Source: a virus (lineage: Duplodnaviria > Caudoviricetes). From it: a stretch of 64,000 bases of DNA. A program made the position numbers and the translations under genes. Positions 1 through 9,129 of the stretch are shown here, piece by piece. How positions within the stretch are numbered: position 1 is the first letter of the stretch; each line of letters starts with the position of its first letter. The DNA is taken from positions 1-64,000 of IMG/VR virus record IMGVR_UViG_3300020379_000218; one strand, written 5' to 3'. Under the pieces are notes generated by a model. The model made no database searches. It was not told the DNA's origin and saw only the letters and a list, made by a program, of their open reading frames with translations.

Positions 1-1
1 A

Positions 2-190
2 ATGATAAAAGAATATTTAAAAATTATAGGTCTTGGTATACTTGCAATACTATTTCATTGGAAGACAATTGCATTTTATGGATTTATGGCGTTTGCTTTT
101 GTACTAATGATGTTAGAACAAGGTTTCGTTGCGGCTCTTATTGTAATACCTATTCTATACTTCTTACGACTTATAGGTAAGTTTCTATGA
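2..190 (+). CDS. Small hydrophobic membrane protein (start may lie upstream of the window)
   Basis: 62-aa ORF, mostly hydrophobic; stop overlaps next ATG (ATGA at 187-190). Confidence 0.6.
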   Translation: MIKEYLKIIGLGILAILFHWKTIAFYGFMAFAFVLMMLEQGFVAALIVIPILYFLRLIGKFL

Positions 191-489
191 CACCAGAAGA
201 ATTACAAGAAACAATTGAAAAGATTAAATTCATACTAGACGATAAAGTTGCACCTAGTGTAGCTGCACATAATGGTAAGATTAACTTTCTTTCTTTTTCA
301 CAAGAAGGAGTGTTAACATTACAAATGGCAGGAAGTTGTGCTGGGTGTGCTATGTCTCAACTTACTTTAAAACAAGGTGTTGAAAGTATGATGAAACATT
401 ATTGTCCAGAAGTCAAGCAAATCATTTCAGAAGATGATACACAAGCTGCTGAACAAGGTTACACACCTTACGCACCTACCTTAAAATAG
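187..489 (+). CDS. NifU C-terminal / Nfu-type Fe-S cluster carrier protein
   Basis: VAPSVAAHNGKI...LQMAGSCAGCAMSQLTLKQGVE matches the NifU-C/NfuA CxxC signature. Confidence 0.9.
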   Translation: MTPEELQETIEKIKFILDDKVAPSVAAHNGKINFLSFSQEGVLTLQMAGSCAGCAMSQLTLKQGVESMMKHYCPEVKQIISEDDTQAAEQGYTPYAPTLK

Positions 490-570
490 TCCAGGTATAC
501 AGACTAAAGTTTCTGACACGATACAGCCAGCAAAACTGACTAAACCATAAATCATCAAAAAAGTAATCAT
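481..570 (-). CDS. 29-aa hydrophobic peptide MITFLMIYGLVSFAGCIVSETLVCIPGLF
   Basis: Manual translation; AAAGG upstream; ATG overlaps the TGA of the upstream ORF; below ORF-track size cutoff. Confidence 0.5.
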   Translation of the reverse strand: MITFLMIYGLVSFAGCIVSETLVCIPGLF

Positions 571-758
571 TTATTGTACCTTTCATAATGGCTCTTATCT
601 ACGCAATAAAAGGCTTTGTGTTGTGGATATTCTTTTTTAGCGAGGCGATGAGCAGATTGACAATTGGGAAAGTCCCCTAGCATCCGCATATCTTTTGATT
701 CAAAATCAAAATAACCGTAGCCTGATAACCAGACTACGGCAACAAAGGATTGTAATAT
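567..758 (-). CDS. 63-aa hypothetical protein with probable non-canonical ATA start (alternative ATG at 689)
   Basis: Open frame 758->567; GGAG 7 nt before ATA; stop overlaps next ATG; hydrophobic N-terminus and two Cys. Confidence 0.5.
   Translation of the reverse strand: MLQSFVAVVWLSGYGYFDFESKDMRMLGDFPNCQSAHRLAKKEYPQHKAFYCVDKSHYERYNK
715..739 (-). other. 10-bp GC-rich stem-loop (terminator-like or translational control element)
   Basis: Minus strand CCGTAGTCTG-gttat-CAGGCTACGG (one G-U pair) followed by TTATTTTG. Confidence 0.55.
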
Positions 759-782
759 GAATATTCTCCGTTAAGATTATTA

Positions 783-1061
783 TTATGAAGCTAACTTCAT
801 TAAAGAATAAGGCACGGTCCATTTACCACGACCTTCTTCCATAACTACAGCTTTCTTCGGGTTACATTTAACAATAACTCCGTGATGTTGTTTACCACGA
901 GGTCTGCCAAATATCACTTTTGCTCCGACAGCAAACTTGTTAATGTCTTCGGCTTTTGCTTTCGCAATACAAGCCTCAACAATATAAAGATGTTCTTTAT
1001 GACTAGGTTCTCTAATCCAGTCTAACACTTTATTTAAATCATTAAATTTCACTTCTGACAT
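783..1061 (-). CDS. Hypothetical protein with SH3/KOW-like C-terminal half
   Basis: 92-aa ORF with AGGAG RBS; FAVGAKVIF...GVIVKCNPKKAVV...WTVPYSL pattern. Confidence 0.7.
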   Translation of the reverse strand: MSEVKFNDLNKVLDWIREPSHKEHLYIVEACIAKAKAEDINKFAVGAKVIFGRPRGKQHHGVIVKCNPKKAVVMEEGRGKWTVPYSLMKLAS

Positions 1062-1073
1062 AATATACTCCTT

Positions 1074-1436
1074 CTATTTAAGATATAAAGGTCCAGTCCA
1101 CTGGATTGGATAGTTTCCAGTAAGAACATTTCCTCTAGGTTGATTTAAAGCAGGTGCATTAAAACCAGCAGGTTTCAATATATCGCCTTTTTTAAAATGT
1201 TTAAAGTCTTCTTTTACGATAAATGCAAAGACACCGTTTTCTTGTACAATCTTAATGTACTTCTTACCAGGTCTTACAGATGTTTTACTATCCCATTTAT
1301 CAACTTGTTCTTTACAATAACCTGATAATTCTTTACCACCAGTAGTAGACCATTTCAAATAGTCTTCTTTGGCACCAGCCATCAAGTTTTTTATTCCATC
1401 ATTTAAGTTATCAGCAGATTTATCAACTTTTATCAT
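1074..1436 (-). CDS. Phage hypothetical protein (early-type)
   Basis: GAGG RBS before ATG at 1436; GKKYIKIV...KGDILKPAGFNAPALNQPRGN resembles a recurrent phage family. Confidence 0.75.
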   Translation of the reverse strand: MIKVDKSADNLNDGIKNLMAGAKEDYLKWSTTGGKELSGYCKEQVDKWDSKTSVRPGKKYIKIVQENGVFAFIVKEDFKHFKKGDILKPAGFNAPALNQPRGNVLTGNYPIQWTGPLYLK

Positions 1437-1437
1437 A

Positions 1438-1617
1438 TTATTGGTCCTCATTATTAAGTGTTAAGATAGTTCCAATAGTTGAACCTATCATTATTGCAAC
1501 CATTATAAAGAACATTGTCCAGTTTTCTTGTCCTAAACAATGACCTCCACAATCTTCAATTGAACCAACTGCCAAAATGGCAGAAAGTATAGCAGTAATA
1601 CTAAAAAAAGTATTCAT
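1438..1617 (-). CDS. Small two-TM membrane protein
   Basis: AAAGGA RBS before ATG 1617; two hydrophobic segments flank a CGGHC loop. Confidence 0.65.
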   Translation of the reverse strand: MNTFFSITAILSAILAVGSIEDCGGHCLGQENWTMFFIMVAIMIGSTIGTILTLNNEDQ

Positions 1618-1655
1618 AGTGTTTTGTCCTTTCGTTTTATTCATAATATACATAC

Positions 1656-1684
1656 ATATTACCATAGTTTAATAACATTGTCAA
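1656..1684 (-). promoter_or_regulatory. Sigma70-type (early) promoter driving the minus-strand island
   Basis: Minus strand TTGACA-17 nt-TAATAT with extended -10 TG and A/T tracts upstream. Confidence 0.8.
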
Positions 1685-1701
1685 GCAAAAAATGCCCTAA
1701 A

Positions 1702-1893
1702 ATGAAAAAAAATCAACAAAAAATACTAGTGTTCTTGTTTTGTTCTCTATTTTTCTTAAATAGTTGCGGAATTCATTGGAAAAAATGCAAATTTACACCC
1801 GATTACGGACGAATCAGCGAATCAATCTACAAGTCGGTAGAAAAAGACAAATTTATTGCGTTTAGAACGGGACAATTTTCGTGTCCTTTTTAA
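1702..1893 (+). CDS. Possible small lipoprotein
   Basis: MKKNQQKILVFLFCSLFFLNSC: basic N-terminus, hydrophobic core, lipobox-like LNSC; no clear RBS; overlaps promoter upstream region. Confidence 0.35.
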   Translation: MKKNQQKILVFLFCSLFFLNSCGIHWKKCKFTPDYGRISESIYKSVEKDKFIAFRTGQFSCPF

Positions 1894-1926
1894 TTTTCAA
1901 CTAAATATACTTAACAAAAGGATTTT

Positions 1927-2076
1927 ATGGCATTACCAAAGTTTGGTGTGAGTTTGTATTCCCCAGGTAAGGGAAAAAAGACTTCACAAGGGGTCAGAAA
2001 AAGGATGATAAAAAAATCATCTATGAATAAGAGTAAAAAACGAAGTTGGAAAGCATATAAAGGACAAGGAAAATAG
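1927..2076 (+). CDS. 49-aa highly basic protein (KKTSQG...SMNKSKKRSWKAYKGQGK) typical of marine T4-like phages upstream of gp25
   Basis: Manual translation; AAGGA RBS; stop abuts GTG of next gene; missed by ORF track. Confidence 0.75.
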   Translation: MALPKFGVSLYSPGKGKKTSQGVRKRMIKKSSMNKSKKRSWKAYKGQGK

Positions 2077-2285
2077 TGGAAGGCAAATTTGTTATTAAAA
2101 TTGGCAATCAACTACACACTTATACTCAATATGATGAAATTCCTAGTGAGATAGGTGCGGTCATTTCGTTTGAGCCTAAATATCCTGAAGAACCACATAC
2201 AGAAGAAGAACATAATTTAATAGAAACCTTTAACGACAAATTAAAACAATTAATGGAGAGAGAATGCCTGCGGTTACGAGGATAG
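2076..2285 (+). CDS. Hypothetical protein
   Basis: 69-aa ORF coupled to both neighbours; PEEPHTEEEH motif. Confidence 0.7.
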   Translation: MEGKFVIKIGNQLHTYTQYDEIPSEIGAVISFEPKYPEEPHTEEEHNLIETFNDKLKQLMERECLRLRG

Positions 2286-2551
2286 GAGATAAAGATGTTA
2301 CCCATTGTAGTACACCTGCTAGAGCAGTAGGTTCTCCAGATGTATTTTGCAACGGTATAGCAATCAGTAGACAAGGCGATAATAACACGGTACACTTACT
2401 ACCTGGTTTACCTTGCCCAGCACACGCTGCCCCTATTGCAACTGGTAGTACAACGGTCTTTATAAATGGCAAAGGTTGTGGTCGTGTAGGTGACGCAATA
2501 TCGGGTTGTACAAGTGTTGCTCAAGGTTCTCCTAATGTCTTTGCCGGTTAG
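2264..2551 (+). CDS. gp5.4: PAAR-repeat baseplate spike tip protein
   Basis: MPAVTRIGD..H-C...GSPDVFCNG...RQGD...H...GSTTVFINGKGCGRVGD...GSPNVFAG. Confidence 0.92.
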   Translation: MPAVTRIGDKDVTHCSTPARAVGSPDVFCNGIAISRQGDNNTVHLLPGLPCPAHAAPIATGSTTVFINGKGCGRVGDAISGCTSVAQGSPNVFAG

Positions 2552-2553
2552 TG

Positions 2554-2561
2554 TATAAATA
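2554..2561 (+). promoter_or_regulatory. T4-type late promoter
   Basis: TATAAATA just upstream of gp25 ATG. Confidence 0.8.
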
Positions 2562-2569
2562 TTAGTGTT

Positions 2570-2995
2570 ATGGCATTCTACGATTCAAAAGCAAGCACTA
2601 GTAAAAAAAGAGTAAATAGGATTTATTCTGATTTAGACCTAGATTTCACAAGAAATCCGGTTACAGGAGATGTGGTTAAACTTATTGATGTAGACGCTGT
2701 TAAAAGAAGTGTAAAGAATTTAATACAAACAAATCATTATGAGAGACCTTTTCATCCTGAAATAGGAAGTGATGTAAGAGCATTGTTATTTGAAAATATG
2801 ACGCCGTTAACTGCTCTTAATTTAGAAAGAAAAGTTGCTGAGGTTTTAATTAACTTTGAACCAAGAGCAAGTATTGAAAGTATCGTTGCAAGTCCTGATA
2901 TAGACGCAAATAGATACCACTTACAAATTAGTTTCTATGTTGTAGGTATTCAATCACCAATCGTAGTAGAAACATTTTTACAAAGGTTAAGATAG
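2570..2995 (+). CDS. gp25: Baseplate wedge subunit gp25
   Basis: YSDLDLDF...AVKRSVKNLIQTNHYERPFHPEIGS...FEPRA. Confidence 0.93.
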   Translation: MAFYDSKASTSKKRVNRIYSDLDLDFTRNPVTGDVVKLIDVDAVKRSVKNLIQTNHYERPFHPEIGSDVRALLFENMTPLTALNLERKVAEVLINFEPRASIESIVASPDIDANRYHLQISFYVVGIQSPIVVETFLQRLR

Positions 2996-4849
2996 ATGGC
3001 AAGTACAAAACTAGATATTACAGAACTGGATTTTGACCAGATAAAACAAAATTTAAAAGTATTCTTACAAGCACAACCTGAATTTTCAGACTACAACTTT
3101 GAAGGTAGTGGTTTCGCTGTTCTATTAGACTTACTTGCTTACAATACACACTATCTAGGTTTCAATGCTAATATGTTAGCAAACGAAATGTATTTGGATT
3201 CTGCTGATGTTAGAGCAAATGTAGTTTCACTTGCTAAGATGTTAGGTTATACACCTGCAAGTGCAAAAGCACCTGTAGCAAATATTGATGTTGTTGTCAA
3301 TGACGCAACAGGAACAACTTTAACAATGAATAAAGGTACGGTGTTTACTTCTTCTGTAGACGGAACAACTTATAACTTTATTACTAATACAGATACAACA
3401 ACTTCACCTGTTGATGGTGTATTTAAATTTTCTAGTATACCTGTTTACGAAGGTACACCAGTAACCTTTAGATATACGGTTGACACACAAGACCCAGACC
3501 AAAAATATATAATACCTAGTGTAAACGCTGATACAACTACACTACAAATAAAAGTACAAAAGAGTTTAAATGACCAAACTTCTGAAACATATACAGGTGT
3601 TTCTGGATTATTAAAATTAAATAACGAAAGTCAAATATACTTCTTATCAGAAACAGATACAGGTAAATTTGAAGTTAAGTTTGGTGATGGTATTATCGGT
3701 AAGAAATTAGAACACGGTAATATCGTAATTATGGATTATATCGTAACCAATAGGTCAGAAGCGAATGGTGCTAAACTATTTAATCCTGCTGGTAATATTG
3801 GTTCGTTTTCAAATATCACGGTTACTACCGTATCAGAAGCACAAGGTGGTTCAGCACCTGAAACAAAAGAGAGTATTCGTTTCAATGCGCCACTTCAATA
3901 TACTGCACAAGATAGAGCGGTAACAACTTCTGATTATGAAACAAAAGTAATATCAATTTATCCTAACACACAATCAGTTAGTGCTTGGGGAGGTGAAGAT
4001 GACGAAACACCAGTTTACGGTGTTGTAAAAATCGCAATCAAACCTACTTCAGGTTCTACACTAACAACACAAACAAAAGCAGATATAGTTTCACAATTAA
4101 AAGAATATAATGTTGCTTCGGTAACACCTCAAATTGTGGATCCTGAAATAACAAGTATTGTTTTAAATTCAACTGCAAAGTATAATGAAAGAGCAACTAC
4201 TAAAGACGCTGAAACAATTAAAGCAGATATTATTAGTACATTAGGTAAATACAATGTATCAACTTTACAAAAATTTGATAGTATGTTTAGACACTCTAAA
4301 GTTATCAAAGAGATTGATGATACAGACCAAAGTATACTATCTAACATCACAACATTAAAAGTAAGAAAATCATTTGCCCCTACATTAAATTCATCTTTGA
4401 AGTATAACATTTACTTTAGAAATGCAATTTATAATCCACATATGGGACATAATTCATCAATGGGTGGTGTGGTTACATCTACTGGTTTTAAAGTAGCAGG
4501 TTCTACTTTTGAACAATTTTTAGATGATGATGGTAATGGAAATATAAGAGCATACTATCTATCAGGTGCAACTAGAGTTTATACTAACTCAACACAAGGT
4601 ACGATTGATTATACAACTGGTGCAATTACAATTAATTCATTACAGATTACAGAAATTTCAAATATAAGAGGGAGTGCTTCAACGGTGATAGAAGTAACCG
4701 TGCAACCTGCTTCAAACGATATTGTTCCTGTTAGAGACCAGATTTTAGAGTTAGATATTACTAACTCAACGATTAAGGTTGAGAAGGATTCCTTTGTCGG
4801 AGGAAGCTCGGATGCTGGTGTCGGTTATACTACCACTTCTGCATATTAA
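2996..4849 (+). CDS. gp6: Baseplate wedge subunit gp6
   Basis: LDFDQIK...DYNFEGS..LLDLLAYNTHY; FGDGIIG; QDRAVTTSDY. Confidence 0.93.
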   Translation: MASTKLDITELDFDQIKQNLKVFLQAQPEFSDYNFEGSGFAVLLDLLAYNTHYLGFNANMLANEMYLDSADVRANVVSLAKMLGYTPASAKAPVANIDVVVNDATGTTLTMNKGTVFTSSVDGTTYNFITNTDTTTSPVDGVFKFSSIPVYEGTPVTFRYTVDTQDPDQKYIIPSVNADTTTLQIKVQKSLNDQTSETYTGVSGLLKLNNESQIYFLSETDTGKFEVKFGDGIIGKKLEHGNIVIMDYIVTNRSEANGAKLFNPAGNIGSFSNITVTTVSEAQGGSAPETKESIRFNAPLQYTAQDRAVTTSDYETKVISIYPNTQSVSAWGGEDDETPVYGVVKIAIKPTSGSTLTTQTKADIVSQLKEYNVASVTPQIVDPEITSIVLNSTAKYNERATTKDAETIKADIISTLGKYNVSTLQKFDSMFRHSKVIKEIDDTDQSILSNITTLKVRKSFAPTLNSSLKYNIYFRNAIYNPHMGHNSSMGGVVTSTGFKVAGSTFEQFLDDDGNGNIRAYYLSGATRVYTNSTQGTIDYTTGAITINSLQITEISNIRGSASTVIEVTVQPASNDIVPVRDQILELDITNSTIKVEKDSFVGGSSDAGVGYTTTSAY

Positions 4850-4853
4850 TTAG

Positions 4854-7418
4854 ATGAAGTTTAATAAGAAGATTACAAACCTTCTGCAAGGTCAGTTACC
4901 TGAATTTGCATTAGAACAGCATCCTAAATTTTTAGAGTTTGTCAAAACTTATTTCCAGTTAATGGAATCTGCTGAACTGCAAATTACTTCTTCACAATCT
5001 ACAGATGGTATCTTACTAGAAACAGAAACAGGTCAATCTAATAATTTAATATTAGACGCAAGTAGACTTGGTTCAGAAGCAACTCAAATAGACGCCGGTT
5101 CTAAAGTCTTACAAGAGACTTCTTCTTTTGGTAAGTTTACAACTGGTGAAACAATTAAAGGCGAAACATCAAACGCAACTGCTGTTATATTAGCAGAAGA
5201 TTTAGTTAACAATAGATTATTCATTACAGCAGAAGATAAATTTATAGAAGGTGAAACGGTTACTGGTATTTCTTCTCAAGCGTCTGGTGTATCAGGAAAC
5301 TATAGACCTAATCCTGTAAAAACAATACAAGACTTATTATCATTTAGAGATCCAGACAAAGTTATCTCACACTTCTTATCTCAATTTAGAAATGAAGTAT
5401 TAAATACAATACCTGAAAATTTAACAGACAATCTAAACAAAAGAGAATTAATTAAAAGAGTTAAATCTTTGTATCGTACTAAAGGTACTGCAAAAGGACA
5501 CGAATTATTTTTTAGATTATTATTTGGTATCTCTTCTGAAACATTTTATCCTAAAGAACAAATGCTTAGAGTATCAGATGGTGAGTTTACTTCAAACACA
5601 ATATTAAGATGTATTAATTCAATCGGTGATACTGGTAAATTAATTGGAAGAAAAGTTGAAGGTATTACTTCTGGTGCAACTGCGATTATAGAAAACATAT
5701 CTCGTTTTCAAATTTCAAGTGAAGTTGTATCTGAATTTTTATTAAACCAAGAAAGTATTGTAGGTACATTCCAAGTAGGTGAAACTATTAGAGGTACTGA
5801 AACTGATACAGACGACTTGTATATTAAAACAACTATCACAGGTATACCTGGACAATTTACAATTACAAATGATGGTTCTCTATTTGAAGAATCCGACATT
5901 GTAGATTTAGTAGGTGGTGGTGCTGGTGCAAATTGTCAAGTTGCTGAAATAGGTGCTGGTCAAATTACAGATTTTTATATTAATGCTTCTGGTACACAAT
6001 ATCAAATAGGCGACAAACTAGTTTTCAATAATGCAAATACAAATGGTGCCGGTGCAATAGCAGAAGTTGCTGTTGTTAATGGTGCAATTGCAGGAGAAAC
6101 TGGAAGTGGTTACGACCATATTGTATTTGAAGACGCAACAAGTAAGAATGATATTAACCCAGGTAGTAAAATGGTTTTAGAATCTGGTCTAGGTGATATT
6201 ACAGACATAAGATTAATTAAAGGTGGTTCTGGTTATACTAAAATACCTACGGTTACAATTACTTCTGATAATGGTTTATCTGCTGAGATTTACGCATACG
6301 GAAGAGATATTGGAAAACTTCTAGGTATCAATACGGTTGAACCTGGTTTCAAACACGATTTAAGTCCATCTCCACCAACGGTTAAATTACCACAATCAAT
6401 TCTTATATTACAATCTTCAGGTAATTATGCTGTAGGAGAAACGGTTACAGGTGGAACTTCAGGTAGTACAGGTGTTGTATTATCTTGGGACGCAACAAGA
6501 GGTCTATTAAGATTAAAAGATGTTAGTGGTGCATTTATAGGACACGAAGTTATGACTGGTAGTCTTTCTTCGGTAACTGGTCTAATGGCAAAAACAGATT
6601 TAGCAACTGCAACGGTTGATGTTGTAGGTACTTCAACAAGTGAAGGTAAATATATTTCAGAAGATGGTCACTTATCAGAAACAACTATGAAGATACAAGA
6701 TAGTTTATACTATCAGGACTTTTCTTATGTTATTAAAGTAGGTCGTACTATTGATGAATGGAGAGACGCATTTAAAAAGACAATGCACCCTGCTGGTTTC
6801 TACTTTACTGCACAAGTAAATATTGAAAGTAGACTTAATGCGAAAAATAGAATGCCTGTTATTGGTAGGGTTACTGGTATTGAGGCAAGTCCATTTATTT
6901 CTGTATTGAATACATTGTTTGGTACAATCTTTGGAAGAAGACTAGGTACTATAGATGATGGTACTACATTAAGAGGTACTGGTTCTAACGATAGACAATT
7001 AGGTTTACCTGCTGATGTTGTACAATCTGCTCTTTCACCTTTTGCAACTAACACAAGAGACTTAACTCTACATAGAACAAAAATAAGTTTTACATTTCAA
7101 TTTAAACCGTTTTATAACTTTAGAACGGTCAATACTAATTTTGGGTCAGTATATGCAGGACCAAGATTAAGAAGTTTCAATAAATACTTTCAACAATCAA
7201 TGTCTGCTTCTGCAATGAATTGGGCAAGAGTATCAGAATTAAAGGCAATAGGTACAAATACTAATGCTGATGGCACAGACTTGCAATATGGTGATTTAAC
7301 TACTATTGCAAAGACATATATTACATATCCTGCTACGGTTCTAGTGCCTCAAGGTAGATTTAGTAATACACAGAAAAAATTTAGTAGCGGAACAGCGAGA
7401 TTTGACTCAACTGCTTAA
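4854..7418 (+). CDS. gp7: Baseplate wedge initiator, gp7-like
   Basis: LYRTKGTAKGHELFFRLLF; IQDSLYYQDFSYVIK...HPAGF; position after gp6. Confidence 0.8.
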   Translation: MKFNKKITNLLQGQLPEFALEQHPKFLEFVKTYFQLMESAELQITSSQSTDGILLETETGQSNNLILDASRLGSEATQIDAGSKVLQETSSFGKFTTGETIKGETSNATAVILAEDLVNNRLFITAEDKFIEGETVTGISSQASGVSGNYRPNPVKTIQDLLSFRDPDKVISHFLSQFRNEVLNTIPENLTDNLNKRELIKRVKSLYRTKGTAKGHELFFRLLFGISSETFYPKEQMLRVSDGEFTSNTILRCINSIGDTGKLIGRKVEGITSGATAIIENISRFQISSEVVSEFLLNQESIVGTFQVGETIRGTETDTDDLYIKTTITGIPGQFTITNDGSLFEESDIVDLVGGGAGANCQVAEIGAGQITDFYINASGTQYQIGDKLVFNNANTNGAGAIAEVAVVNGAIAGETGSGYDHIVFEDATSKNDINPGSKMVLESGLGDITDIRLIKGGSGYTKIPTVTITSDNGLSAEIYAYGRDIGKLLGINTVEPGFKHDLSPSPPTVKLPQSILILQSSGNYAVGETVTGGTSGSTGVVLSWDATRGLLRLKDVSGAFIGHEVMTGSLSSVTGLMAKTDLATATVDVVGTSTSEGKYISEDGHLSETTMKIQDSLYYQDFSYVIKVGRTIDEWRDAFKKTMHPAGFYFTAQVNIESRLNAKNRMPVIGRVTGIEASPFISVLNTLFGTIFGRRLGTIDDGTTLRGTGSNDRQLGLPADVVQSALSPFATNTRDLTLHRTKISFTFQFKPFYNFRTVNTNFGSVYAGPRLRSFNKYFQQSMSASAMNWARVSELKAIGTNTNADGTDLQYGDLTTIAKTYITYPATVLVPQGRFSNTQKKFSSGTARFDSTA

Positions 7419-7425
7419 AATCGGT

Positions 7426-7433
7426 TATAAATA
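7426..7433 (+). promoter_or_regulatory. T4-type late promoter
   Basis: TATAAATA, intergenic. Confidence 0.8.
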
Positions 7434-7454
7434 TTAGGATAGGAAGATAAAAAT

Positions 7455-9077
7455 ATGGCAAAACAAAGTATAGGATTAGGAACCACAGCGAATGACGGCA
7501 CAGGTGATAACCTGCGTGTAGGTGGTGATAAGGTCAACGATAATTTTGATGAAATTTACACGGCCTTAGGCGACGGTTCGTCATTACAGATAACAACCAC
7601 TGGTGCTTCTTCTAACCAAGTACTTCAATGGAATACTTCTAATAATAGATTTGAACCAACTGCTTCTGCGGCTGCAGGAGATATATCCGTAGACACAACT
7701 CCACAACTTGGTGGTGATTTAGATGTTAACGGAAACAATATTATATCACAAGGAAATGCTGATATTAATATTATACCTAATGGTACTGGTAGAGTTAAAT
7801 TTGGTTCTTTAAGATTTCCTACAGGTGCTGGTACTTCAACATATGTACTTGCAACTGACGGTGCTGCCGATATGTACTGGAAACAAGTAGGTTCTGTAAT
7901 TAACTTATCTGCTGATAGTGGAACAAACGACCAATATACGGTAGGTGATGTTCTTAACTTTACTGGTGGTACAGGATTAACTTCAACGGTTTTAGATGAC
8001 ACAATTAAATTTGATATAGATTCAAATGTCGTAACCTTAGCAGATAACCAAACTCTTTCAAACAAAACAATAGACAATCCTGTTTTTACAGGAACTTCTT
8101 CTGGTAATGTTCAAATTAGAGCTGCAACTCTTGGTTCTTATATTGCACAAGGTGGAACTGCTCTTGCAGGATTTGAAAATGCAACAACTTATGCTGGTGC
8201 GTTTGCTGTTGATACAACAACTTATAAATCTTACTATGCCGCTAACGGTGTATGGAACGAACTTTTATCTTCAACTTCATCTATAGATATATTATCAGAT
8301 GTAGACACAACTACACAAGCACCTACAAGTGGTCAAGCATTAATATGGAATGCCGGTTCAAGTCAATGGAGACCTACGACATTATCTGTACCTGTATCTT
8401 CTGATAGTGCGCCAAGTTTAGGTGGTAATTTAGATACTGCCGGTTATACAATTCAAGGAACTGGTAATATAAGTTTAAGTGGTTCTGGTTCTATTGTTAA
8501 ATCAGATTTCGTTAACACTGGAGCATTACCTAACGCAACAAGTAGTGTTGGTGCCTTTGCGGTAACAACAAATAACAATCTTGCTCTTTTTGCAACCTCT
8601 TCAGGTTGGATAGGATTACTATCTGAAAATGATGGTATTAGCTCGTTTACAGATGTAGACACAACAACTAATCCTCCGTCTTATGGACAAGTATTAGTAT
8701 ATGAAAATGTAGCAGGTCAAGGTCGTTGGAGACCTAATGATTATACTCCTGCTGTTAGAGTATCAGCACAATTTACGGTAACTGCAAATGGTTCAAGTGA
8801 TTTTGTATTTAATGGTGATGGTTTTCCATCAGCACAAAATGACCCAGTTTTATACTTAAAGAAAGGATTAACATATCAATTCGTAATGAACCAAGGTGGT
8901 TCACATCCTTTTGAAATTAGAACTGCGTCAGGTGGTTCTGCATATTCTTTCGGAGTAACCAATAATGGTGCTTCTTCAGGAACACTAACATTTACGGTAC
9001 CAATGAATGCTCCGTCAACATTGTATTATCAATGTACTTCACATAGTGGTATGGGAGCAGTAATTAATATAGATTAA
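7455..9077 (+). CDS. gp9/gp10-like baseplate-fibre connector with C-terminal cupredoxin-like domain
   Basis: N-terminal MAKQSIGLGTTANDGTGDNLRVGGDKVNDNF (gp9/10 type); fibre repeats; C-terminal HPF...LYYQCTSHSGMG. Confidence 0.8.
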   Translation: MAKQSIGLGTTANDGTGDNLRVGGDKVNDNFDEIYTALGDGSSLQITTTGASSNQVLQWNTSNNRFEPTASAAAGDISVDTTPQLGGDLDVNGNNIISQGNADINIIPNGTGRVKFGSLRFPTGAGTSTYVLATDGAADMYWKQVGSVINLSADSGTNDQYTVGDVLNFTGGTGLTSTVLDDTIKFDIDSNVVTLADNQTLSNKTIDNPVFTGTSSGNVQIRAATLGSYIAQGGTALAGFENATTYAGAFAVDTTTYKSYYAANGVWNELLSSTSSIDILSDVDTTTQAPTSGQALIWNAGSSQWRPTTLSVPVSSDSAPSLGGNLDTAGYTIQGTGNISLSGSGSIVKSDFVNTGALPNATSSVGAFAVTTNNNLALFATSSGWIGLLSENDGISSFTDVDTTTNPPSYGQVLVYENVAGQGRWRPNDYTPAVRVSAQFTVTANGSSDFVFNGDGFPSAQNDPVLYLKKGLTYQFVMNQGGSHPFEIRTASGGSAYSFGVTNNGASSGTLTFTVPMNAPSTLYYQCTSHSGMGAVINID

Positions 9078-9096
9078 TAGAGTTAATGAGAAGATG

Positions 9097-9104
9097 TATA
9101 AATA
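9097..9104 (+). promoter_or_regulatory. T4-type late promoter
   Basis: TATAAATA, intergenic. Confidence 0.8.
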
Positions 9105-9129
9105 TATCAAAGAACATAGGAATTAAACA

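Noticed and set aside
575-780. tRNA or structured ncRNA in the apparent intergenic gap
   Set aside because: No cloverleaf or T-loop consensus; the gap is better explained by a coupled 63-aa ORF.
1911-2111. 66-aa minus-strand ORF
   Set aside because: Antisense to the 49-aa basic gene (1927-2076), which has an RBS and translational coupling.
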